Part shown: positions 50,337 to 62,108 of the stretch, in pieces | Layout of the letters: every line of letters begins with the position of its first letter | Position numbering within the stretch: position 1 is the stretch's first letter | Assembly (NCBI RefSeq): GCF_964194025.1 | Contig: NC_134474.1 | Coordinates: 24,428,001-24,492,000, forward strand | DNA from: Convolutriloba macropyga | Taxonomy: Eukaryota | Length of the DNA: 64,000 nt | Direction: 5' to 3' | Translations under genes and position numbers: made by a program | Notes under the pieces: generated by a model | What the model was told of the DNA's origin: nothing | The model's database searches: none | What the model saw: the letters and a program-made list of their open reading frames with translations, nothing else

Positions 50337-51113
50337 CTAGTTGAAAAAGAATCTAGAATTGTAAATTATTTTTATTATATTTTAAATTTTCGCAAAAAAA
50401 GGCTCAAATTTAGAACAAAAAACTATAAATTTTACTTTAATTTGTAGATTGTTCGCAACTTTTCTCCTTAATTTAATTTTATTCCTTACTATACAAGCAT
50501 TTAACCTTTTCTGAATGGATTTCCTTGAAAAAAGTCCAAAAATTAATCTGGGAAATTCGAAAAAAAAACTGGCTGGACCACATCTACCCTTTTGATACTC
50601 CTTAAATCTTTCGGTGACATAACAAACTCATTATAGAACAAACAATCATTCCTGTTTTTGATGTTACAAGAGAAGTGCAATTGTAAAACATAGCTAGATG
50701 GAACTGAGTCACTAAAAAACACCAGATATAATAATGTAAGATTTCGACTGTTTACATATTTAATCGTTTGACTTTGTTAATTTTAAAATTTTTTGTAATG
50801 GAAATCATCATGTTCTTCACTGGAAAAGAAGAAACAATAATTTGAAATCGTTGAACTGAAAAAATAATTTTTATTCAGAGGCAAATTTTCTTTATCGTTA
50901 TCCATCTATCTCTTCCATTACAATTGGTCCTTTTGCAACCAAAATGTGGAAAAATAAAAGGTTTCTCTTTTTTAAAAAATTCGTTTAATAAGGTGAAAAT
51001 CTGTTAGTAATTTTCGTTTAAATGTCGTTGAATCAATATATGATATACTAAAAAATTTCAAACAATTATCAGCTTCAGGCATATCAATGGTTTTTGTTGG
51101 TTGCAATTGGGTT

Positions 51114-51483
51114 TGTGATACCCGAACAATTATTTATTTCTCAATTTCATTGATGCAGTAAAATTTATATGATGCTCTTAATTTAGTTCATTATCTTAAT
51201 CTTAATCTTATGATCTTGTTTCAACTGTCTGGTTAGTTTCCCGCTTCGTGATCAGACATGTCTGATCACGCATTCACGTTGTGCTCGAGTGGTTTTAGTT
51301 TATTAATTTCATTGTTCTGACTTTCTGCAATTCAATTCAGTTTACAAAACCCTCTCTTAATTTCCCGATCCGCGAGTAAGCGAAACAAAAGTGAAAGTAG
51401 ATCTCGCGCCGCGAATAGTCAAATAATATTCCCTTTGTAATCTCGCACCGCAAATCATCACAGCAAAATATTAAAATACGACA
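51114..51483 (+). repeat. Gypsy 5' LTR (370 bp, TG...CA)
   Basis: Direct repeat of 57535-57903; hand count gives 11 substitutions and 1 indel. Confidence 0.95.
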
Positions 51484-51497
51484 TGGCGCAGTCAGCA
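51484..51497 (+). promoter_or_regulatory. Primer-binding site, probably tRNA-Ser
   Basis: TGGCGCAGTCAGCA immediately after the LTR, complementary to a ...GACUGCGCCA tRNA 3' end. The Ser assignment is from recalled invertebrate tRNA-Ser ends. Confidence 0.7.
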
Positions 51498-54400
51498 ACG
51501 AAAAGAACACCCCTTGGAATCGACCCTTTCTGGGACAAACCAACACCGGATCCACCACTCCGCTGGAAGAAGTGGAGGGTACAATACAAACTGGCACTCT
51601 TAAACATCATTTTGGACACGCTACTCGGCCCAAAACCTGATACGGTAGAACTACCTCTAGAGCCAATCTACGAAGAGACAATTGTGGGTGCATCTGCACA
51701 ATCAGAGAGGGAGAGGAACGCGCGCAACGCGCAACAAAAAATGAACTGGCAAAACAAATGCCAACGACTTATTGAGGTAGGCATCATGTGTGGCGACAAA
51801 CCCTGGTCATTGGCAGTCCGAAAAACAGTCTCCTTTCTTTACTTGAGCGTCGGAATAGAGGGACGTCGTATACTTAACTGTAAGAACCCGCATATCATGA
51901 TAGACACTCTAGCTACTATCGATTTTTGGAAAATCGTGGAGGAAGCATTCATTCGCCCACGCAACATAACATTTGACAGACATGTCTTCCTGATCACAAA
52001 ACAGCTTAGAGGAGAAACTGTTGAGCATTTCTATGGTAAATTAGAAGAACTGGCGGAAAACTGTGATTTTGAAAACAAAGAGGAGACCCTAATTCGAGAT
52101 GTATTCATCACAAATCTGATCGATCCCGAAATCCAGAAAGAACTACTAAAACAAACGGTAGAACCGCGACAAGCGTTGGAACTCGCAATCAATATGGAAC
52201 TCGAGATGCGAAACCAACATCAAATACAACAGCACAATAAAAATGTTGTTCCGGCGAATGTCATTGCTATTCAATTCAACAACAACTCACGAAGACCGTA
52301 TTGGCAGAACAATAATAATGTTCCCAAACAAAATAATAGATCAACACTGTATTGTTCGAATTGTGGCGGAGTCTGGCTCCCATATCATCGCGAAAAGTGC
52401 ATTGCAAAAGGAAAGACATGCAACAATTGCCGGTTATTAAATCACATTGCAAAGGTCTGCCGTAAACAGCAAAAGAACATCAACGTCAAGCCCCAAGATC
52501 CCAAGAAAAAGATGGTTCGGGTGGTAGAAGAAGAGCCACACCCAGAGGACTCGGTAAATTTTTGTCCAACCGGCAAAACTCTATGAATCAGACTACAGCA
52601 GCGGTGAAGAGGACAACACAGTCGCAATGATTGAAACCGCAGTGGAGAAAGTTGAACCCCTCAATATGCCTCTCAAGATTGGAAATGTCAATACAACTCT
52701 ACTCGTGGACTCCGGGAGTGCATGCAGTATACTTCATCATTCACTCGCGTCGCAAGTGGTACAAAGCAGCCCCCGCGCTTTCTGGATTCACGAATCGTCA
52801 CCACCACAACTACGAAACTTCTCTAACGAACCAATACAGGTACTGGGAAAGTTTCAAGCCCCCGTAACGAGCAAAGGATGGGTATGCGACACAGCAGCTT
52901 TCACAGTTGTGGTCGACGGTTTAAAGTCCTTAATAGGTCGTGATTTGTTCAACCAACTTGGACTTGCTGTAACTCAGTCTACACTTATTAAAGGTAACAG
53001 TGTCAACAACATCGCATCCCCTTAATTTAAAGAACAGATAGCCAAAAAATTTCCTGGTTTGGTATCACGCATTGGACGATCAAAAAGTCATGTAGCAAAA
53101 TCTAAATTTCACAAGAATTTCCAACCTAGACATCAAAAAGGTTGACGAATTCCTATCAATCTTCAAGATAAAGTTAATACAGAACTTAGAAAACTATTAG
53201 CTGAAAAACACATTATAAAACTGTCAAGCTGTCCTGATAATTATTTCATCTCACCTATTGTGGTTACAGTTAAAAAAGACCAAACGATAAAGCTTGCACT
53301 GGATTCAAAAGTTTTAAATAAAGCTATTCACAAGAACAAGTATCAAATGCCAAACATTGATACGTTAATTGAATCAATATCTCAGCAAATAAGTGCTCCC
53401 GCTTCGCAAAACATAACGTACTTTTCTACGATTGATTTGAAATACGCTTATAGTCAATTAAATCTGGACATCAACACAGCTAATCATTGTAATTTTAATA
53501 TTATTAGTGGAGATATGACTGGCACTTACAGATTTCAAACAGGATTTTACGGACTTACAGATATGCCAGCTGAATTTCAAAAAGCTATGGATTATACTCT
53601 AATTGGTTTAGAAAATACATATTGCTTTTTGGATGATATTTTAATTGTTAGCAAAGGGTCTCTGATAGATCACAAAAATTATGTCATGAAATGTCTCCAA
53701 TGTTTAGACGACGAATATTTTAGGATAAATCTTCCTAAATGCCTCTTTGGTAAATTAGAAATTGATTGGCTTGGGTATCATATATCACAAGAAGGTATTT
53801 CGCCCCTCGAATCTAAGACCGCAGCAATTCTGGCTATCGAAGCTCCGAAAACTTTAAAGAAACTCCGTTCATTTTTGGGATCCGTTCAGTATTTTGGGAA
53901 ATTTATCCCTAATCTAGCCCAAATAAGTCATCCTCTTCGCCCGCTACTGCGGAAGTCTTCAAAATTCATCTGGACAACTGAACATGAAAACTGTTTTCAA
54001 AAAATTAAGACTCGCATAGCGAATGCAACTGCAAATAGTCATTACAATCCGCAACTCGAAACACGCGTGAAATGCGACGCATCCGGCTCAGGTCTTGGCG
54101 CGGCTCTCGAACAATTAACTGTAGATGGGTGGAAACCAATTGCATTTGCGTCTCGATTTTTAAATTCCTGTGAAGAGCGTTATAGTGTAAATGAACTTGA
54201 ACTTTTGGGTGTAGTCTGGTCAACAGAATATTTTAAAAATTATCTGTATGGAAAACAATTTAAAGTAATTACCGATCACAGAGCACTTCTCTCAATCATG
54301 AAAGAACATAGATCTAATAAATCATACAATAGTAGATTGACCCACTGGGTTGATCGCCTTCTTCCTTTTCAATTTGATATTGAACACCTTCCTGGGGCGA

Positions 54401-57400
54401 AAATGGGTTTAGTCGATTATATTTCTCGCAATCCATCACAAAAATCTAAAAAGATCTCTACATACGATGAAGAATTTATTGTTGCTAAATTGAATCTGAT
54501 CTCGAAATCAATTAACGCATTAGAATTAAACACTGAACACCCTGCATAACATTTACACCATTTATTAACAAATTACACTCTCGACCCGCAAAACACATCT
54601 AAAATTGAGATACTTGATCCCGCATTACAAACTACACCTAAAATTGGGACCACTAATAATTCAGTAAATTCAATTAACACCCGCGCTACGCGGGTACGCA
54701 AACATGTATTTGGCAATTCACTCGCTTCGCGAAATCATGCCTCAAATAGTATTTGTCAATTAAACAATTTAAAGTATGCAACACTCGCGTCACAAAATCC
54801 ACTTTGCACCTCTCTCGCCCTGCAAAATACAAGAAACAACAAACAATTAATCCAAATTAGGAATAAAGTGACATACGCGCAGCGCGAGCATTCATTCACT
54901 CAATTACAAATCCCGCCAATCAAATCACACTCCACAAATACTTCTAAAAGTCATCACCCAGAATTAAAATCAGTGCTTTTTGCCTCTTGTCATTCTAGAA
55001 ATCAGTTGCATCCTTCTAAACTAAATAATTCTAATCAATCATCATCCGTATTCAAATATATCAATTCAATAAATAGTAGAATGCCTTCGAAAAAGAAAAT
55101 AACCCGAGTCCGATTCAATGACGCATCCCACGCAGCGGATCAACCCTCAACTAGCGACAACACTACGCGCCCCGCAAGTACGCGATCGAATTTGCCAACC
55201 AGCTCTCGCGCGGCGAATCAATCTATACAAAATCTTAGTACACCGCATGCAACAAGTACGGCACCAAACACAACTCCCCCATCCCCAACTCATTCTTCTA
55301 ATGCTAGTACCCCATTGACGCCGAGCCCGCACGTACCCACTTTCGATTATATCGTCTCCAAAATTTTTAATAAGTCTCTGATTGCCTCTCTAACTAGTAA
55401 GGACGCTGTACTTAAAGAGGTCAGAGATTGCATCTTGACTAACAACGAAAGCAGATTAAAGGCAATAAACCCCTACATACACTCGTTTTGGAGGGATCTG
55501 CACGTGCGCTCCGGGTGCGTGTGCGTAGATGAACGAGTGGCTATCCCTAACGTGCTCCGCGAAGCGCTGATCGAAGACATCCATTCAAGTCACCCAGGTA
55601 CCTGGGGCTTGATTTGTATGGCTACACTCCTGGTGGCCCTACATGCACAGGGAATTAATAGCCAAATCCACTGAGTGCAAACCATGCACAGCAATTGGTA
55701 AGAATCATAAATCAATTATTCCCGCTAAACAATTCACTCCTCATATACCATGTGTTGAACCTAATCAAGAAATTCAAATCGATTTTGGAGGACCAATTTT
55801 TGATGAAAAGGGCAATGAGGTGTACTTTTTCGCAGCAATTGATCGTTTTTCTAAATATCCAACTGCATATATTTACGACAAAGCTAATGGCCCAAATGTT
55901 TTGAAATTTTTGGACATGTATATTGAAACTCATGGAATTCCAAGATCTATTCGTTTGGACCAAGCAAAATGTTTAATTGGACATCAAGTAAAGATTTTTT
56001 GTAATAAAAACAACATCGAGATTATTGAAGCGCCGGTAAATGATCATCGTGCTATTGGGTTAGTGGAACGATTAATTCAAACAATTAAGAATAGACTCGC
56101 ATGTATCAAAGAAGAGAAATTATCTACACACGCCTTTCATGTATAGCATGCATTAAAGATAATCATTCACCAATTGCGTATATGTAAACAAAGAACAACA
56201 AAGACCTCGCCCTTCGAAGCACACTTTGAAAGAAAGCCTAATACCCCGCTAAGCGTGATTGCAACTAAACCTAATTTGCTGAACCTGTCATACAAGAGTA
56301 TTATAAATCATTATTTAGACGAGGACACAGTGATGCCCGAAGAGATCCTGCCTGATGATAAGTGGACCAATGGATATCGTAGCGATATCGAAGTAGAACT
56401 TGGCATGACCCGAGCTACAGCTGAAGCACGATCCAGGGAGCAGGCCAGTACAGATGGGGAACCAAGATTCCTCAAGACCACGGCGATCCGCCCCATTCCC
56501 CTGAAAGAGCGTGCGGCCGAACTGAATCTTGCGAGAAAGGTCCATGGCAAGAGACGCTCGAAAAAGAACCTGGAGGGTTTATACGAGGTCCTTGCCCCTG
56601 GGTCGCAAATTCTCAAAGTGAGCCCCACCACGTCGACCATAAAAGAACCGGGCACGCAAGTAGTGACAGTTCGCAATAGCGATATTGCGAAATTTGGCAC
56701 AAAGTTGGAGAGGCAAACTCCACTGAAAGTTTATGCGGATAGACGCGGACCCCGTTCTGAAAAAAAGTCGTGGAAGAGCTGATTCACAGCCATATCAAAG
56801 AGTTCACCCGAAAGCAAAAGGGTGACAAGAAAATGAAGCACAGGAAGAGAGAACCGGGCAGCGGGGTTTCATCGCAAAGATCGAATATCTCACGCGCGAT
56901 GCGGGGACGCATTCCAAAATTACCAAACTTCTCTGCGATACGCAATCAACAAGCTCCACTCTCGACTAGCGAACCAACCACAACTAAGTCTACTCACGCG
57001 GCCACAACATCATCTTCTACGCGTACGTCAGACCGTCCTCGTCGAAGCCCATCATATTATGGCTTCGAGACTTCTCCACCAGCTTCTGATATCTTGCCTC
57101 CACCGAAACGACCCCACCGAGCGGGCGATGTGGAAAATTTTGCACCACCTGACACCATTGTCGAGTCGGTACAGCAAATTGTGGAAAATCAGCCCGAGGA
57201 ACAAAATGTGTCACCCCGTATCGGTTCTGTCTCGCCTCCCGCTACCCGAAACACGCCTCTGCTATATGTGGACACCCCAACGCTGGTTCGGACGATGACA
57301 GCTCTCGAGGCAGAGAAACAAGATTCTGACAATGAAGATTGAATTTGTAATGCTCGAAAACTGCAAAAAGAAAAACATCGTATAATGTATTAATCATCGT

Positions 57401-57534
57401 ATTTTTAGCTATGATAACCAGTAAATATATTGATATTATCTATTTAACCGGGGACCTTGTATTAATTTTTAAATATTGTTAATATATAAATTTTGAAAAT
57501 TGTATTCTACAATTTTCTCTTGCTGCAAAGGGTA

Positions 57535-57903
57535 TGTGATACCCGAACAATTATTTATTTCTCAATTTCATTGATGCAGTAAAATTTATATGATGCTCTT
57601 AATTTAGTTCATTATCTTAATCTTAATCTTATGATCTTGTTTCAACTGTCTGGTTAGTTTCCCGCTTCGTCATCAGACATGTCTGATCACGCATTCATGT
57701 TGAACTCGAGTGGTTTAGTTTATTAATTTCATTGTTCTAACTTTCTGCAATTCAATTCAGTTTGCAAAACCTTCTCTTAATTTCCCGCTCCGCAAGTAAG
57801 CGAAACAAAAGTGAAAGTAGATCTCGCGCCGCGAATAGTCAAATAATATTCCCTTTGTAATCTAGCACCGCAAATCATCACAGCAAAATATTAAAGTACG
57901 ACA
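57535..57903 (+). repeat. Gypsy 3' LTR (369 bp)
   Basis: Direct repeat of the 5' LTR, preceded by a short purine tract AAAGGG. Confidence 0.95.
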
Positions 57904-58384
57904 CAGATGTCACCAAGGACATTTTTTTTGGAAGTTGGGTTTCAGACTTCACCCCTACAAGAGGTTCTAGTTTTTTTTACTGGTTTCAGACGTCACCAGC
58001 AGAAGTCCGCCCGAGGTCTCAGACGCCACCTCTGATGTCCTGTTCCCCTGTTAGATTGAGCAAAAAATCTCTAATTTTTTCGACATAAAGCCACCAAAAA
58101 AATTAAAATTTTCCCCCAAAAAAACCTGTTTTCTGTTACTATAACACCTCGATTGATAAACTTTGACTAGTTTTTTTATTCTAATAGCAAGTAAAAGCAA
58201 TTTCACTACTTTGAAAAAAAATTGGTGAGAAAAAGGCCAAAAGTCAGAAAAACGGTTGCAAAATCAGAAAAATCAAAAAATCCATTTTGATTTTCTGATT
58301 GCATATTCTAATGAAATACCAAAAAAGCCTTCGAACTAATTTTTTGAGCTAGTTTTCAAATAGCGAGAAGGCCATTCTAGTCGA

Positions 58385-60460
58385 TATATCATACTGGAGA
58401 CAGAGAACCAGTTGCATGTTTTAGTTGATGCATCGATTGTTGCAACGTGTGCTGTTGTCTACCTCAGGAGCTTGATTAAGACCAGCAACGAAGTACAAAC
58501 TGCATTCGTGATCGGGAAATGCAAAGTAGCGCGCGTAGAACAGTTGAGCCTTCCAAAGTTGGAACTAGAAGCATCTGTCACAGGTGTTCAACTCCTGAAT
58601 TTTGTTAGACATGAACTCTCTGTTGAAATCAGCAATGTTTTTTCTTGGACGGATAGTCAAGTTGTCCTTGACTGGATCGGTTCTTCCAAGAAGCAACCAA
58701 TTTTTGTTGCAAATCGCATTGCAGAAATAAAAGTAAAAAGCAAACCTGACAATTGGAATAATATTGCGACAAACTTAAACCCAGCTGGTCATGGTACTCG
58801 TGATTTAGAACCCAAGGAAATTGAAGCAAAATGGTTTAAGCCAACAGATTTTCTCTCCACAAATGATGTCTTTTGTAGACCTACAAAGCAAATGCCGATT
58901 TGTGCTGCAACAACACGATCTGCCTTAAGAACCAAGACACCAGTACTTGACCCTAAACAGTTTTCAACATGGACAAAGATTTTGCTAACGATAGCTACTG
59001 TTTTCAATCTGATCTACAGAGCGAAGAAACAGCGTGACAATCACCATCAATACACTGTTGAAGACATTGAATTAACAAAATCTTTTTTGATACAAATGTC
59101 GCAAGTCAATAGCTTCCCAAACGTCACAAACGTCATCGAGTTGCTAAAAGGTAGCCGTAAACTGGACCCCAAACTCAAACACAGGTCGTTAAACCCAATG
59201 CTTGATAAGAACGGTATATTACGCGTCTGTGGAAGGCTAATTTTTGCTCCCAGTGAACTCGAATTGGCCAAGCGGCCAATACTACTTCATGCAAAAGATC
59301 ACATTTGTCGTTTATACCTCAAACATGCCCATCGCGTCTTTGTTCATCAGGGAACAGAAGCCACTAAAGCTTTTGTACACCAAAGGTACTATGTAATTGG
59401 TCTCCGCAGAACACTGCAGAGCATTAGATACAAATGCTTCCTTTGTCAACGTTTCGAACCGCAAAGCATTGAGACATTTATGGCACCGCTACCTGATTGC
59501 CGCTTCCCTACTGAAAACAAGCAATTTACATTTGCCAACTGCGGATTAGACTTTTTCGGCCCATTTTTTATTGAAGAAGAAAAAGATAAGCTTCAGAAAC
59601 ACTACGGCCTCATCTTTACTTGTCTGGTAACGCGAGCTGTTCACCTGGAAACCTGTCCAGATTTGAATACAGACACTTTTCTGAACGTCTACCGCCGCTT
59701 CACGTCGCGAAAATGTCAGCCCGCTGATTTGTACAGTGACAATGGTAAGACTTTTGTTGGTGCCAAAGAAGAACTTAAAAGGTGTCTGAATGATCTCGAC
59801 AAGGAAAAAATTCACAAAGCACTCGAAGCAAAGAACACCAAGTGGCACTTCAACCCACCTTATGGCCCTCATTTTGGCAGCGCTTGGGAGCGGCTGATCC
59901 AGAGTGTCAAGCGGACGCTCCTGATCATTCTAGGGTCAAGAAAGTTTACTTTTGACGTTTTCCACACAATCATGGTTGAAGCAGAAGCTATGATGAACTC
60001 CAGACCACTTACAAACGTGTCTGACGCCATGGAAAACGAAGAACCATTGACGCCATCTACTTCAGCGTCCTTACAACTCTCTTCCCCCTGGTATCTTCAA
60101 CCAAGCGAGCTAACATGAAGTCTTGGAAGAATGTTCAACAATTCCTCAACCACATCTGAAGGAGACTGGCCCGGGAATACCTACCGACCTTGATAAAGCG
60201 ACCAAAATGGACCGAAAACGACGGGAATTCACTCAAAGTCAACGATGTGGTGTGGATCCTGAAAGACTTCACCCCACGTGGTATTTGGCCTCTGGGAAGA
60301 GTAGAAGAAGTGTTCCCTGGACGAGATGGTAACAACAGAGTAGTTAAAGTGAAAACAGCTTACGGCACCTTCGTCCGCCCCGTGTCCGGTCTCGCCCGTG
60401 TTTTCTCTGATTAGCTTTTTTGTTGATATTTTTTGCGCTCCGGTTTTAGGCAAAGGGGGT
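58385..60460 (+). mobile_element. 5'-truncated BEL/Pao element: RNase H, integrase and C-terminal domain
   Basis: ORF 58412-60118 with LHVLVDAS, SLPKLEL, WTDSQ, HHCC, LDFFGP, SDNGKTF, WERL; frameshifted tail PRGIWPLGRV...DG..RVVKVKT (60190-60414); purine tract AAAGGGGG at 60452. Confidence 0.92.
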
Positions 60461-60887
60461 TGCATATAGTTTTATTCAATTTAATTTGGGTTTATGGATT
60501 CTAACTGGAATTGGAAACAATATTTATCTGGTGGATTTATTCGTGTTTTACCCTCTTATTCCTGTTGCCCCCGTGGAGCATGTTGCGGATGCAACTTCAA
60601 GATGGCTAAATACGGAAGTTAAGATGATTTGCCGCAAAAAAACTTGACTTTATGTCCCCACGTTGCTAACTGTCAGTTACCAAAAAACATGGAAACAAAA
60701 CATCTGAATTTGACTTTTTCAATGCTAGAAATATGTTTTTCACTACAGTTTCTGTGGGTGAGAGAAATTTACAATAGAAAAATATAGCCGGACTCGTATA
60801 AGCCCTGCCGATTTATATACTGTCGGTCACCTTTGTTGCAGAGTAATTGTTAAACAACTCAACTTTGTCGAGGTATTTAATCGCTTC

Positions 60888-61254
60888 NNNNNNNNNNNNN
60901 NNNNNNNNNNNNNNNNNNNNNNNNNNNNNNNNNNNNNNNNNNNNNNNNNNNNNNNNNNNNNNNNNNNNNNNNNNNNNNNNNNNNNNNNNNNNNNNNNNNN
61001 NNNNNNNNNNNNNNNNNNNNNNNNNNNNNNNNNNNNNNNNNNNNNNNNNNNNNNNNNNNNNNNNNNNNNNNNNNNNNNNNNNNNNNNNNNNNNNNNNNNN
61101 NNNNNNNNNNNNNNNNNNNNNNNNNNNNNNNNNNNNNNNNNNNNNNNNNNNNNNNNNNNNNNNNNNNNNNNNNNNNNNNNNNNNNNNNNNNNNNNNNNNN
61201 NNNNNNNNNNNNNNNNNNNNNNNNNNNNNNNNNNNNNNNNNNNNNNNNNNNNNN
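60888..61254. other. Assembly gap (367 N)
   Basis: N run. Confidence 0.98.
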
Positions 61255-62108
61255 AACAAAACAAAAACTTAAATTACAAAGCATGATCTACCCTAGATTA
61301 TTTCATTTTCCTACCTATGCTTGAATCAGCCGATATATTTCATCCAGGACCGAGGGTCGGATCATTATATGCGAATGCAACGCTCATTATCAAGCCTCAA
61401 TATTCGTTTTTGCCACTCTTTTTCAACAGCTCATTTTAGAAAACGCAAATCAGCTACCTAAGTTCAAGCTCATCTTTTCATCAACAAGTCATCTATCAGA
61501 ACCTCAGACCTCATCTTCGTCATAAATATTTCCACCGTTAAAGGTATCGCCATTAATGAGCGATGAGGACCGCAGGTAGTGCATGCTCGAGGAAAAGTGC
61601 TTCGGGAGGGGGGAGGGGGTCATTTTGTTTGCCCGTCTGCGCTCTTCAAGAGTTAAAGCTGGGATTGGGAATCGTCTCAGCAATGGAAAAAAATCTCCCG
61701 GCAAATGCTGAACACTCGCAAAATTGGTCTGGGCTTTTGGTGCTGAATTTAAAAGCTTTTAATTAACATAAGCTTATAGTCGAATGTTGGGTTATGGACT
61801 TTCGCAAGCGGAATAAAAGCGTTTTTTAACTAAGTAGAAAAATTAATTTCTCAAAATGAGAGAATAACAAGAATGATATTTTACAGTAGAATTTAGAGAT
61901 TTACAGGAGAGATCTGATTATTAGATCAAGATGGTGATTTAATTTTGGGGATGAAAAAGGACTCAAAAATAAGCTGTATATATACCCACTATCAGAGTGA
62001 GAAAGTCAAGATACAAAACTAATCTTAGAACCATGATTTACAGTGGGGGTCGCAAGGGTTACCCAATATGGTTTGCTTCTGCAAATCAGTCCTAAAGGGA
62101 ACCATAAA

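Larger units (their letters stand above)
51114..57903 (+). mobile_element. Full-length Ty3/Gypsy LTR retrotransposon, inactivated by point mutations
   Basis: Two LTRs; gag with two zinc knuckles, protease LVDSGS, RT FLDD, RNase H CDAS...ELELL...TDHRAL, integrase HHCC and IDF/RLD/VER. In-frame stops at ~53023, 53143, 54547 and 56144, plus frameshifts. Confidence 0.95.

Noticed and set aside
52556-52565. A-AAT-TTT slippery heptamer at the Gypsy gag/pol junction (programmed -1 frameshift)
   Set aside because: The -1 frame hits a stop at ~52628, and the protease continues in the +1 frame, so a 1-nt insertion in the T-run is more likely.
57640-57680. Minus-strand hammerhead-like CTGATGA...GAAA in the 3' LTR
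   Set aside because: Stems I and II do not form, and the 5' LTR has CTGATCA.
60780-60887. Possible minus-strand LINE ORF2 scrap (DKVELFNNY)
   Set aside because: Too short and cut by the gap to support a call.
61504-61766. GC-richer short ORFs as possible upstream exon of the acyl-CoA ligase
   Set aside because: No recognisable ANL N-terminal similarity and only weak splice signals.
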